Shown: piece after piece, positions 50,417 through 63,634 of the stretch | Layout of the letters: every line of letters starts with the position of its first letter | How positions within the stretch are numbered: position 1 is the stretch's first letter | DNA from: Octopus sinensis | Taxonomy: Eukaryota | NCBI RefSeq assembly: GCF_006345805.1 | Contig: NC_043014.1 | Span: forward strand, 496,001 to 560,000 | Direction: 5' to 3' | DNA length: 64,000 nucleotides | The notes under the pieces: generated by a model | Told to the model about the DNA's origin: nothing | The model's database searches: none | What the model saw: only the letters and a program-made list of their open reading frames with translations | Position numbers and translations under genes: made by a program

Positions 50417-53400
50417 ACTCTTTTACTTGTTTCAGCCATCCGGCTGAGGCCATGCTGGGGCACCGCCCTTGTTGCTACCCTCTCTAAGTCCAGTTTGCCG
50501 TGGCTGGCCACTGATCTAAGAGAGAGTTTGTAGCTGCTGCCCTTAGGTTACCTTCGTACCTTGCAGTGAGTTCATCTGGGATCCTGGAAAGCAGCTTGTC
50601 TAGATGTTTTTTGAAAATGTCCACATCCGCATCATGTAGATCTCTTAGTTTTCTTGGCAGTTTGTTGAACAGCTGAGGGCCCCTGAACCCCAGGCTATTA
50701 CAGTATCTGCTCCTTACCCTGGATGTGGAAGACGGGACCTTTGGCACCACACAGTGACGTCCTGTACGGGGATTGGAACAGCTCTCAATTCCAAAATTTG
50801 GTGCTAGTCCCTCCAGGATTTTCCATATGTATATCACTGCATATCTCTCTCGTCTTCGTTCCAAGGAGTACAAATTGAGTTCCCTAAGCCCTCCCAATAG
50901 TTCTTTTCTTTCATGGTGGAAATCCTCTTGGTGAAATGTCTTTGGATTGTCTCAAGCTCTGTGGTTAGTTTGACACTATGCGGTGACCACAGTTGGGAGC
51001 AGTAGTCCAGGCGGCTTAGGACAAATGTCCTCCATAGTGTCAACATGGTCTCGCAGTCTCTTGTCCGGAATGTCCTCAGGATCCAGCCAGTGAGTCGTCT
51101 GCACATTGTCGCCACCTTCGCGATGTGTGAAGAAAAAGATGCATCGTCACTCATGTCTATCCCCAGGTCCCGTATTGATTTCGATACTGGGATTTCGATC
51201 CTTCCTGGACCAGTATAGTTGTGTTGTAATGTATATGTGTTTACAGCTTGATATTGTAAGGCTTGAAATTTACCAGCATTAAATTGCATGTTGTTGTCTT
51301 CAGCCCATTTGTATATGGCATCCAGATCTTGTTGTAAAAGGTCAGCATCAGCTGGGTTTTTGATTGCCTGTGCTACCTTTGTGTCATCAGCATAGCTAGT
51401 GAGGGATGTTGTTTGTGCTACCAAGGGCATGTCAGAGAGCGCCACCAAAAACAGCAAGGGTCCCAAGACTGTGCCCTGTGGCACCCCGCTTGCTATTGGT
51501 GTCTTTCCCGAGAGGGCTCCATTGGCTGCAACCATCTGGCTTCTGTCCTTCAGGAAGTCATGTATCCACTCACCTACTTTTCCTGTTATGCCGAGTCTGA
51601 GTAATTTGTGACATATCACTCCGTGGTCGACTTTGTCAAAGGCCTTCGCAAAGTCGAGATATACCACATCCACCTGTGAGCGATCCAGTAGTTGTTTCAG
51701 TACCCAGTCGTAGTGTTGTAACAGCTGCGTAAGGCAGCTTCTTCCTGGGCGAAAGCCATGCTGTGTGTCAGTGAGACGGTTAGTTTCTTCGAGGAACGTG
51801 ATGAGTTTTTTTCTGATGATTCGTTCCATGACCTTACTTATGTGTGACGTCAGGGAGACTGGCCTGTAGTTTTTGGCCTCTGCTCTACTCCCTCCTTTGT
51901 GGATAGGGCATATGGTGCCTTCTTTTAGCGCCCTGGGCAGTTTACCATTAGCCAAGGAACCACTGAAGAGCTTCTTCAGTGGTCCCGCTAGGGCATGCCT
52001 GCATGTTTTTAGGAGGACTGCTGGGAATCCATCTGGTCCAGCAGCTGAGTTTATTCTCATTTCTTCTATGGCAGATATTACATCCCTCTCTGTTATGTCT
52101 ATGTGGTCGATGGTTGTTGTTTGGTTTTGGAGTGTTGTGGCATCAAAGAAAACTTCTGGGTTTGTGATTTGCATGTGCCCCAGAGGGGATGTGAACACAC
52201 TTTTTACTGTTCCTTTAGTATTTCACTTATCCCTTGGGGTCCTCAGTTAGAGAGCCCTTTTTATCAAGAGTGGGCCAATCTTGCAGTGTACCGAGGTGGT
52301 TTCTTTCGCAAATTTAAAGAAGGCTTTAGGGTTTGTTTTAATATTCTCTATGGCCCTGGCTTCTCTCTCTACCCTCTCCTTCTCATAGGAAAGTTTGAGT
52401 GCAGTTTCCGTGCATTCAGTTGCTTCGAGAGCTTAGCTCTTCGCCTCATAAGTATTTTCCTGTCTCTGGGAATAACGTTCCTATGCCCGCTGGCTTTTTT
52501 CTCCGGGACAAACTTATGGCATATGTTCTGTATTGTTGTCATGAAATGTTGGAAATGTGTGTTGGTGTCTTGTGTGGTGATGAAGTCACTCCAGTCATGT
52601 TTTCGGATCTCTTCGTTGATCTTCTTCCAGTTTGCCTTATGGAAGTTTAGACTGGATAGGCCTGTGGTATTTTCTAATGGCTGCGTCTCAACTAACTCTC
52701 TCATACCATATATCATTACCTCTACTAAGTTGTGATCTGAGAGAATTGTTGGTGTTACCATTATGTTGTGGATGAGCATCGGGTTGCTTGTGAAACAGAG
52801 GTCCAAGACATTCTCACCTCTTGTTGGCCAAAGCACTGCTTGCTCCATGAAAAACTTGCGTGTGAGAGCCAACAAGGACTCTGTCTGTCTCTGTTCAAGT
52901 GATGTCATTCCAGGGAGGAGATGGCCATCTGGCCATTTGACTTTCGGAAGGTTAAAATCTCCCAGCAGTAGAATGGTGTTACCCTGGTCCAGTTTGTCCA
53001 GGACTTCTTCTATTCTTCTGAGGCTATCTTCAAACACTCCTTCATGACTAGGGGTGTCTGGTGGCCGATATGTGACACATATTACTATTTTCGGTTGTTT
53101 CATGTGTACTATCAGTGTGTCACAGACTGAGTTTGAGTGTGTCAACAGTACTATGGGTGTGACATCTTCACGGACGTACAGGGCAACCCCACCATGAGTT
53201 CTTTCCTTCCTGTCCGACCGAAAAACAGTATACTTCGGTATGTGTATTTCTGCATCTGCTATACTGCTTGACAGGTGCGTTTCAGTCAGCGCTATGCATA
53301 TTGCATGGTTGCTTGTGCTCAAGTCCCTAAGGTAAGGAATTTTACCCATATTAGTGGGTTTCACCAGACCTCTGACATTCAGCAGAAGCACTGGTGAGAC

Positions 53401-54350
53401 ACCCGGGTGTCAATAAAGGCTGACGGTGTGTTACCTGGGCCGGCGTCAGCGGTGGCCACCCTGGGTCCCTTGATTGTGGTGGTCTTGAGTGCTGTTGTGA
53501 GTGCCCCTGGCTCTGAAGACGATGTATCCAGGCCAGTTGTCCCACAATTTTCTCTGCCATTTCCACAAAATTTCTTTGTTCTGCTGCCGCCGTCTGCATT
53601 TCCTCTGCAAATGTGCGCCTTCTCCTTGTTGGGGCATTACGCACTATGTCTGCATATTTCTGGGGCAGCTTGTATTTGTTCTGGTTTTGGTTAAGGCATT
53701 TTGGTCGAGTGGGTTTGATGCAATTTCCATAGGGCCTGGGATGAGCGAACCTGCATCCTTCCCCTGTTTCTCCATGCCAGCAGGTTCCATTCCGGAAGAA
53801 TTTGCATGTTATCTGGGTTTCTTGTCCCCAGTTCCTCTCTGTTTTTTCTCCTCCGTTGGACGGTTGTCCACTGGTTCCTTTCTGCATAGGTCTTTTCATC
53901 CGGGTGGTTATTTTCTGTTTCCCCATCGCCGCCTATCTGTTGTTTGCCCTGCTTGCCTTCTTCGACTGTGGCAGTGGGCGTGTCATTTTTTGACACTCTG
54001 TGGTTGGTGTTTCCTGTTTCCATCTCTCTCTCTTTGTCTTTGTCCACCTTGAGGACTTGGCTTAGCAAAGCCATGTGTGGTGCAATGAGAGTGTAGGCCC
54101 TTTCGACTTCTCTTTTCTTCCTCTCTACTTGCGCCAACGTCCTCATAAAGCCATGGCTTTTCAGGGTCGCCGCTATGTTTTTAGTTGGTTGCGATCTGTC
54201 GGCCGAGCTCCATCCTCTGATGAAAACTTCCAGCTCTACTTTCGTCCAGTTACGCTGGCTTTTGTTGACACCAGTGTTTGCATTCACCTCTAATTTTTGC
54301 ATGTTGTCCATTCCGTTGTAGCGGGGAGAGAGAGAGAAGCTGTGAGGGAA
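50417..54350 (-). mobile_element. near full-length CR1-group LINE (ORF1 plus APE-RT ORF2)
   Basis: ORF2: LLLNVRG, LTETHL, HGGVALYV, YRPP, LLGDFNLP, LDLCF, SDHN (APE, 52369-53391); RT 50834-52198; C-terminus 50484-50897. ORF1 53351-54311 with one frameshift. 3' tail ggcggtgccccagcatggcc...gaaacaagtaaaagag. Confidence 0.93.
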
Positions 54351-54470
54351 AAAGGGAGAAGGGAGGAGAGATGAAGAGATTGTGATTGTGAGGAAGGGAG
54401 GAATTATATTATATTATATTATATTAATTTATATTAATCTAATAGTGCAATAGGGGGGTAGGGAGAAAGT

Positions 54471-55745
54471 AGAGAAAGGGAGCGTCTATGTACTTAAGGA
54501 GAAATTGGGAGCCGAGAGTAAGAGAGAAGAGGAAGAGGAGAGACTGAGAGCTGAAGGAAGAGAGAGAAAGCGTCTATGTCCTTATATGTATCCGAGAGAG
54601 GAGAGTAAGTTAGAAGAGAAAGGGAGCGTCTATGTACTTAAGAAGAAATTGGGAGCCGAGAGTAAGAGAGAAGAGGAAGAGGAGAGACCGAGAGCTGAAG
54701 GAAGAGAGAGAAAGCGTCTATGTCCTTATATGTATCCGAGAGAGGAGAGTAAGTTAGAAGAGAGAAATGGAGAGACAAGGAGAAGCGGGAGAGAAACTGA
54801 AGAGATAGAAGAGAGTAATGGAGAGACAAAGAGAAGCGGGAGAGAAACTGAAGAGATAGGGAGAGAAGGAAGAAATATAGAGAGAATTTATATATTTGAA
54901 AGAGGGGAGTAAGATAGAATGAGAGCTATGAAGAGACAAGGAGAAGCGTGAGTGAGAGAAACTGAAGAGACAGACAGAGAGAGAGAGAGAGGGGAGAATT
55001 CTAAGCGAAGCTATTTGTACACACACACACACACGCGTATACATACATACACATACACACATATACACATGTGTGCACACGCACATATATAAACAGTAGT
55101 ACCAAGTGAGTATATAAAGAAACAATAATAATAATAATGAAATAGCTGAAAGAAAACAATCCAAGAGATTTTACAGAATTTAAGCAGAGAAAAAGAGAAA
55201 AGAAAATATGTATTTGTCGCTACAGACAATGTATTCTAAAATAAAAAATAAAAACTAATTGCGACTATACTTTTAACACACACATATACATACACATAGA
55301 GATTTTACAGAATTTAAGCAGAGAAAAAGAGAGGGGAGAATTCTAAGCGAAGCTATTTGTACACACGCATACACATACACACATATACACACGTGTGCAC
55401 ATGCACATATATAAACAGTAGTACCAAGTGAGTATATAAAGAAACAATAATAATAATAATGAAATAGCTGAAAGAAAACAATCCAAGAGATTTTACAGAA
55501 TTTAAGCAGAGAAAAAGAGAAAAGAAAATATGTATTTGTCGCTACAGACAATGTATTCTAAAATAAAAACTAATTGTGACTATACTTTTAACACACACAT
55601 ATACATACACATAGAGATTTTACAGAATTTAAGCAGAGAAAAAGAGAAAAGAAGATATACATTTGTCCGTCGCTAAAACAATGTCTTCTAAAAATAATTG
55701 CGGCTATACTTCTAACACACACATATACATACACATAGATATATT
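54471..55745. repeat. tandem duplications upstream of LINE ORF1 (2 x 144 bp purine-rich; about 2 x 340 bp plus partial copies)
   Basis: agagaaagggagcgtctatgtacttaag at 54471 and 54615; ggggagaattctaagcgaagctatttgtac at about 54990 and 55333; gagattttacagaatttaagcagagaaaaagag four times. Confidence 0.85.
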
Positions 55746-56564
55746 ATTATTTTCTGTTTGAAAGAACACTAATGATAACAAAATAAGTAATATTTTTTTT
55801 TTCCTTACCTTACCGGCTGAGAGAGAGTACTTACGCGATTCCCTTTTATGAGAAAGGAAGATAGATAGACAAGACAGACCTTTTTTTCCCCAAGCGCACT
55901 TTGTAAACAAAAGGGATTTGAGTTTCGATTTAGCACGTGCAACAGTTTGAGGAATACTTTCTGTATTTCCCTAAGCGATTTGGTATTAAGCAGCAAATTT
56001 TTCAGAGGCTTTTTTCAGAACACGCAGATATACATCAAAAACGAAAATATCCTGTGTCTTGTTGATTCACAGACGAAGAATAAAATTCACTTCGATTTCG
56101 GGAAAGTAACACACGTGCGTTTTAACACGTGTATTCGCGAGTATGTTCTAGTTGCAAAACACTATATCAAAAGCGAAAATATTCTTCTCAAATACAGTGA
56201 CTTGTACTTTCACTTATATTCGCTTTGCAGACAATTTCGCTTCTGATAACATCGATCTCTGGAAGGACTTGTTTAATGTTTAGGAGAGAGACGTTAACAC
56301 ACTTGTTGTTAGTTCAGCGCCATCTTTATACATATATATATATATATGTCTTCTGTGAGTATATAATCCCTCATCATATCTATGGAAATTCATATGGATT
56401 AGGTCACCTTCTCTGTGATGCTATCAAAACTTTTTTAAAATTCTGTGATAAGACTGTACATCATCTTTAAAGAACTTTAATGAACTTTAGAAATCTGTTT
56501 AATTATCTACATTACTTCATGAGTATAGCCTCAAACACTAGGATGTCTAGAGAACTTACATGTA

Positions 56565-56655
56565 TTTTAGCTGATGAGTACGGGACTCGTTTATATGCTG
56601 TAATCTTTGCAACTTTTAATAAAACCTGTCCTTGTATGAAACGATCGTACTAAAA
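56565..56655 (+). ncRNA. type I hammerhead ribozyme with extended stem II
   Basis: ttttag-CTGATGA-gtacgggac...gtccttgtat-GAAA-cgatcg-TA-ctaaaa. 6-bp stem I, palindromic stem III. Confidence 0.8.
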
Positions 56656-56685
56656 ACCTATCCATTCTTGTTGCTTCTTTCTCGC

Positions 56686-56732
<47 letters not shown>

Positions 56733-58209
56733 TATATATTCGTCTTTCCATACACCCTATCTGTACCTTTTTAAAATCCATTAATGCCCTTTTTTTTTTA
56801 ATGAAAATATTCATTTAAAATAATTTCATAAATTTGGGCATCAAAAAACTTTCTGAAGATAAAGAATAATAATTTTTCTGACCATATTTGGCATCAAAGC
56901 CATGCTTTGATCATTTATACATTGTGCTAGATTCATGTGAGCATAACAAAGTAAAGAATTCAAAAATTTTGGTGGTGGGCATTAATGGGTTAAGAGTGGA
57001 GGATTTGCATATGCATAAACACATACATACCAGCAGGTTGGCAAGCTGAGAATGGATGTTGGGCCCAAGGTGGGTTAAGAAGATGCAGTGTGGAGAGTGG
57101 CTGCTGAACAACAGAGGATTGTAAAGAAGCTGACCCTGGGCTCAGCAGGCATCCAATGGGCGGAATATGGATATCTTTCGATGAAATCTTACAGAAGCAC
57201 CTTTCAAATGGCATAGATTACGATTATAAAGAAATCTGCGCGGGAAAATGTTTCCCTGAAAGTTAAGAGGGGAAAAATCGGATTGTGTGAATTTTCCGAA
57301 AGCCCTACCACCACCCACACCCTATTCATTTGCACAAATTATTGTTTCCATATAATTTGTTTCCTACACGTTTTTTGTACACCTATTAGACTGGTTTTTT
57401 TTTGTTTGTTTTGGTGACCGGGCACCAGTGGTGGTTCGTGGATGAAATTAGTCGGGGTTGCTGCTTCAGAAAGTTTTTAGCTGTTGTTTTAACATTGGGT
57501 AAAAGGAAACAAACATATAAAAAGAAAATTTATACAACTTGACCCGGAAACGAAAATCAGACAAAAAATAGTGAAATGGGCGTCAAAAAAAGTGTAGGAA
57601 ACGAATATGAAAAGGTGGTTAGGTGTAAACATTAACCCGGGTCAAATCCTAAAAACTAACCCAATCCGTTAATTCTTGGAAAATGTAACAAAGTTAACGT
57701 TAATCCGTTTACGGTAACTTTTATTGTCAAAGGCATAACTACAGTTTAATACCCCACCGATTTTGTTGCCTCGTAACTTCCAGAAAAGTGGATACTTTTT
57801 AACTACTTTCAATTCACCAAAATCCTGAAGATTAAGTGTGTGTAATAGATTTGTTTGAAAACATTTCCGAGGGGTTAGAGAGAGGAGTTTCGGAAAATTC
57901 ACAGGACTCGACATTTTCCCGTCAATATACAGTTTCACACCTGTAGCATTTCTGGACTTCAAGGTGGGCTCAAGCGACACTGACAGTTTACAGTTTTACT
58001 CAGTCTGTGATTTGGCTGAATTCACTCGCTTCCTCGGACAGTCGTTCTCTGTTATGTCCGCATTCCATCCAGTTCCTTGACTTCCTCGCTTCACTTTCAA
58101 GGGACACCCGGCATGCTGTATTCTTCCATCGCCGTTTATGATGGCCTTTCTCACACAAGAACATTCGGTAACGTAATGTAGGCAGTTTGAAAGGTATTTA
58201 TATAATATA

Positions 58210-58770
58210 CTAGCAGTATCGCCCGGCGTTGCTCGGGTTTGTTTCGACCCTTTAGAATTAGAATTTTTGAAAAGTAAAAATTTAGCTTGTTATTCTCTTT
58301 GAGTGAACATTTTTCTGGTTGAAGTACACCGAAAAATGGTGATACAGCAATCAAAAAATCGTAAAAAATAGGGATTTTCATAGAAAAAAAAGTACCATTT
58401 CGGTGTAAATAACTTTCGGTGTTAACATGGTCCGATTTGAATTTTTTCTTCTACGGATGGAAGAGCAAGCCTTCTTCTATCATACTCTCAATTTTGGTCT
58501 CAGAGGAGATAGTGTTAGTTGAAGGCTACCAAACCTGCCACACCCAAACAACTTCAGCTTTAGAGAGAGAGAGATTTCATAGAAAAAAAACCCAATTTTC
58601 CTTAAAGTTAAAAAGGAGAAACTCGGATCTTGTGAATTTTCCGAGTTCCTCTCCCCACCTTCCCGTTACTTTGCCCGCATATTCGTTTCCTACACATTTT
58701 TTTTACACCCATTCCAGTATTTTTTTCTGATTTTCTTTTCCGGGTCAAGTTGTAAACAAGTTGTGAACAA
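58210..58770 (-). mobile_element. Helitron-like element 3' end and body; related segments at 57230-57610
   Basis: Minus strand cccgagcaacgccgggcgatactgCTAG|T (hairpin plus CTAG). aaagttaa...ggat...gtgaattttccga and caacttgacccggaaa segments recur directly and inverted at 57.2-57.6 kb. Confidence 0.6.
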
Positions 58771-60452
58771 TAACCGATATAAATTGATTGATTGAATGAT
58801 TGATTCTATACTTACGAATGTCAAGTTGACCATTTGTCGAAGGCAGTCTGTTTCCATCTCGTCGCTTAAGTTGTGTCAGGAAAGAATTTATAAAGCGGAC
58901 AAGTGCGAAGAAAGACTTTGATGGAATCAGGTTAACAGCGAGGAAATAAGGAAATGAAACGGGAAACAGTTCAAACGTTTCTTTCTCTTTCTTTTTTATC
59001 CTTCTTAGTTTCTGTCAGTGAAATAAATTCTACAAATTAGACGACAGAAGAAGTTTAGTCTAAGTTTTGTGTAGATTCTTCACAGCTGGAATGTGTTGAA
59101 GTGTTTTCAAAGCTGGAAACTCCTCGAAAGAAGTTACAAGTCGTCAAAACAATTTTAAATGTAGTTTCACTTTCAACGCCTGACAACCTTTATCCTAGTT
59201 ACTGGACGCGGCCAAGCAACCTTATTGTATTGAGTGAATTTACTAAGATACGTATTTTAAAATCTACGTCAGTGACTGCCTTCACTGACTGACGTAGAAA
59301 GCGGGCATTCATTTATTTCTGTGCTTGCAAACACCTTGCCAGTGCAAGTGCTAGCAGTTCAGAGCCCTGCACTCCAGATACTGTCACGTTTCTGGAGGTG
59401 AACAGGAGAGAATGAGGGCCGTTTCGGGGCCTCCCGTTACCAGGGTATACAAGCATAAGTTAGAGCCGCCCACTTAATGCGTATTTTTGTTTTTTAACGA
59501 AATTTTCTACAAACACATTTTCTGGTGAAGTAGATTCCGATTGTGTCAGAGTTTTTTGTGAAAAAACATTTTCCGGGAATTTCAGAAAATTCACATGAAT
59601 CATTATAACTTGCAGGAAAATGGGCAGTTTTTAATGAAATTCTCGCTCTTCCTCTCTCACACACATACACACGCACCCATTTCATACACTCGCACAGAAA
59701 TCATTCAAAACTATTTTTATTACAGAAATAACGAAGAACGACAGACCTAACAAAGCAACTTTATTTCATTTTTGTTTTTAATTGCTCCACTTTATATCGT
59801 ATCAACTTCTTCTTCTTTATCCCCTATCAACCTTATTATAATTTATTTTTTATTTTATTTCTGTATACACGCACACATACATACACACACACACGAAAAA
59901 ATACACACACACATACACCCACGCGCACATACACATAGACAAATGAACCACACATACCTCCCATACACACTCATACATACACGCACACAATTATACATAC
60001 ATGCACACACACACACACAGAGTAATGCACATTTGCTTCAGACAACTCCACACACAACCCAATGCATACTCATAAACAAGCATACAAAACACACACACAA
60101 CATATACATATACACACACACACAGACACACACATACTTCAAGCTACCAGGTAAACACCTTTCTACTGATCATTCTCCTCAGCGCATGTGAAGGGACACA
60201 CACACAAAAAAACTCCGACCTAATATTCTTACCATAAATTCTTCCTACGACATTGACACAAAGTCCACTCTCACACACACACACACACACATAAACCAAA
60301 ACCACACACACTCACACACATACACGTGCTATTATTACACACACAGACCTGCGCGCACACACACACACACGTCTCCTTCTCTTGCACTCTGCTGTCTTAA
60401 CCACGTGGGTATCGGTGGTGATTTTCTTCTTGTGTTTTCCCTTCTTTCTTCT

Positions 60453-60487
60453 ATTTCTGAAGAAGAGCAAGGCTCGAAACGTTAAAT
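60453..60487 (+). ncRNA. minimal hammerhead ribozyme
   Basis: attt-CTGAAGA-a gagc aag gctc-GAAA-cg-TT-aaat. Confidence 0.65.
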
Positions 60488-60588
60488 CCCCTTTCCTTCG
60501 TTTCCTGAGCGTCTGATAAGACAGGACTTGTACCACGTCCTCGCATCATTGTTTTTTCTTGTTTGTTCTTCTTTGTTTGGATTTACTA

Positions 60589-60653
<65 letters not shown>

Positions 60654-61019
60654 AGGGGTTGTGAGTGTAACCCTCCATGGGATAACATATATCCAATATT
60701 CTGCCAGTAAAGCACCCAACAAACTTAATACATAAATGTTAAGAATTGTGATGCAATTAATTTATTTACTGTATTATATGGGCAAAGGTAAAATGTTTTA
60801 CCACAAATTAATAATACAAAATAAGAAAATGGAGAAATACACCTTAATCAATAATCAACTACTAGATAATACCCAATCACATAATTTATTAAACCACTAC
60901 ATATGAACATTAAGGTCAAACATAATAGTATAGAACAAAACAATGTACATCAATGAGTAATATTATACAATAAGTACAATATGCATAAGTAAATATAAAT
61001 AAATATAAATATAAAGTAC

Positions 61020-61146
61020 ATCTTACAGCTGTTTCAGCCATGCAGATATGGGTATCTCATTATGCTCATATTAGCCATGTGTGATAAGTTAATATGTGGT
61101 TATAAATGAGACACTTACAAAAATATCCCAAGGCCTCTTCAGAGAT
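61020..61146 (-). ncRNA. type I hammerhead ribozyme with ~100-nt stem II
   Basis: Minus strand: atct-CTGAAGA-ggcc...[tctcatt/aatgaga hairpin]...ggct-GAAA-cagctg-TA-agat. Confidence 0.75.
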
Positions 61147-63245
61147 TATGAAGTACAAACTAAATTAAATATGAAAATCAGAGGAGGTACACCCATACAA
61201 GAGTGGGTACATACCCATAATATATAATATACACATACATATGAGTGCATATACCCATACTCCTATACATATATATATACATACACATAATAATATACAG
61301 CAATATACATACATATGTTCTATATTCAAGGTTACAGTTGTTCAAAACAATATATTAGAATATTACAATATACAAACATACACATATTCATATTCAAATG
61401 CAGATATACAAAGTCAAGAGTTCATTATATTAAGTTACAAAATGTCATTAATATTAGCATCATTACCATTATCATTGCCACTATTGCTACTAATATCATT
61501 ATTGTTATTATTAATAACATTAACATTAATACCAGCAAAACAATATATGCATCACGCGGTTAGCAACATAATAGCAAAAACAACAACAACAATAATACAG
61601 TACCATAAAAATGAAAAAAGAAAAACATTAATTTACACCATAGCAAATTTCACAGGTGCACAAGCATATACACGGGTGCCAGCCATAATTTTGACTGTGA
61701 TATGTGTAAAGTATTAAGTTCAGAGATAGCTAAAGATCGAACGCCCAATACGATTGGGCGGCACATTTGAATTTCAATTGTCTTCCTTACGGTTGGTTTG
61801 TTAAGAAATACTTACAGACATACACACGTATATGTGCGCTTACACATATATACATGGATAAATCACAATACAGGAAATACAAGCTTACATACACACATAT
61901 ATGTTTACATACACAACTACTCACATATATCCATAAATATACATACATGCATGCAAACAGACACCCATACTCAGTCGAAGTACGTTATTAGCATAAGATA
62001 CATAATTGAAATTACACCACAAATTTCGTAAACATTTATCGTGCTGTGAAACCTTCCAGATAACCACAATTTCGACTGTGTTCCCACTCAAACCTTCCCT
62101 AATAAACAAGCATAGGCATAGGAAAACTGCACCAACATACATACCCCCACCCGCACACAGCCATATACATATATACACTCGCATGCACTGCATCCGCAAA
62201 CATTTGCATATACATACATACACACTCATATATGTATTGATATATATATAAAAAGAAACATATACACATATATCCACCCATGAATATATATATATATTCA
62301 TATGCATACATATATACATACACGCATGAACTTATGTAGACATATCCACATATACGTACGAAATTACAGATATACAAGTCTGCCCACAGCTTTGCATATA
62401 TATACATTCATAACCAAACAACCGAAGGACATATAAACACATATACAATATACAGAAAGTGTTATTAAATATAAAATGTAAGATATAAATTTATTATAAA
62501 TTAAATTAATTATAAATTAATAGGTGCCTGTAACTAAAAAAAATAAATAAAAGTTAAAAAATAAAAAATAATAAATAATAAATAATGAATAAAAAATAAA
62601 ATAATATAAAATAATAATAATAGTAATAATAAAGAAGAAGAAAAAAAAAGATAAATAAAATAAAATACAAATTTAGACGTATACAAAGAGAACTCAATAT
62701 ATAAAACTGCCAAACAAATACATGGAAAGCTTACTAGGAAGATATATATATATATATACAATCACATATATCAACATACATATACACATGTATGCGTAGA
62801 CTAATACATACACCTACACATAAACATATACATATACATATATATACATATACATACACACAAAATATAAGTAAATATATACATACATACTTATCCAAAA
62901 ATAAACACTGTATACTAAATATAGACCCATAGTAGTTACGTATCAGTATAACAAAGTCCCAAACCAACAGCCTAAGATATGATACGTGTATACACCCGAC
63001 ACCAATGGAAAACTCCATGAAGATCAAAATACCATGTATATATCAGAATATACATATATATTTCAATATATTTTCAAGCCGAGACAAAAACAATCAATAC
63101 AGAACACATATATGGAGATATAAAATTATAAATTATAATGTCCAAGAGCACAATCCGATATAGAAAAATGTTAAAAAATTACTGGTAAAAAAACTAGGTG
63201 CTATTTAAATCTAGAGAAGGTATACGCTAGTCTGTGAAGGCAAAA

Positions 63246-63540
63246 TTAATTCCGCTCATTAATATTATTAATAATGGGTAGGCCAGCTTTGATGATGAAG
63301 AAAATTTCATTGATACATAAAGAGCATTTTTTATGTCTATTATTATATACTGGTGCGGAAGTGAGTATTTTCCAATTTAAGTCAAAATCTATATTCTTGC
63401 TCTTAAGTTCCCAAATATAAGTACTTAACCCCGTAGAATTCATCCTATTTTTATTTTTAAATGTGTATCTATGATAGTTTAGTCGTTTCATACTATTTTT
63501 AGTCACACCAATGTACACCCTACATATTGTATCATATTAC
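63246..63540 (-). mobile_element. Penelope-like GIY-YIG endonuclease C-terminal fragment (Naiad-like)
   Basis: YIGVT...KRLNYH..TF....NSTGLSTYIWELK.KNIDFDLNWKIL..APVY.....CSLCINE. The element may extend through an AT-rich 3' UTR to about 60650. Confidence 0.8.
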
Positions 63541-63634
63541 TCATTGATGTACATGGTGGATTTTGAAAAGTTATAGCATATAGACTCGAAGCATGGTTAT
63601 TAGTGCTTCGTGACTATATGGTAGTCCTTAGTTT

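Noticed and set aside
54505-54912. 135-aa Glu/Arg-rich ORF
   Set aside because: Product of purine-rich tandem repeats.
61690-63245. SECIS element in the Naiad-like 3' region
   Set aside because: No convincing AUGA/AA/GA SECIS layout was seen in the parts inspected; a dedicated search is needed.
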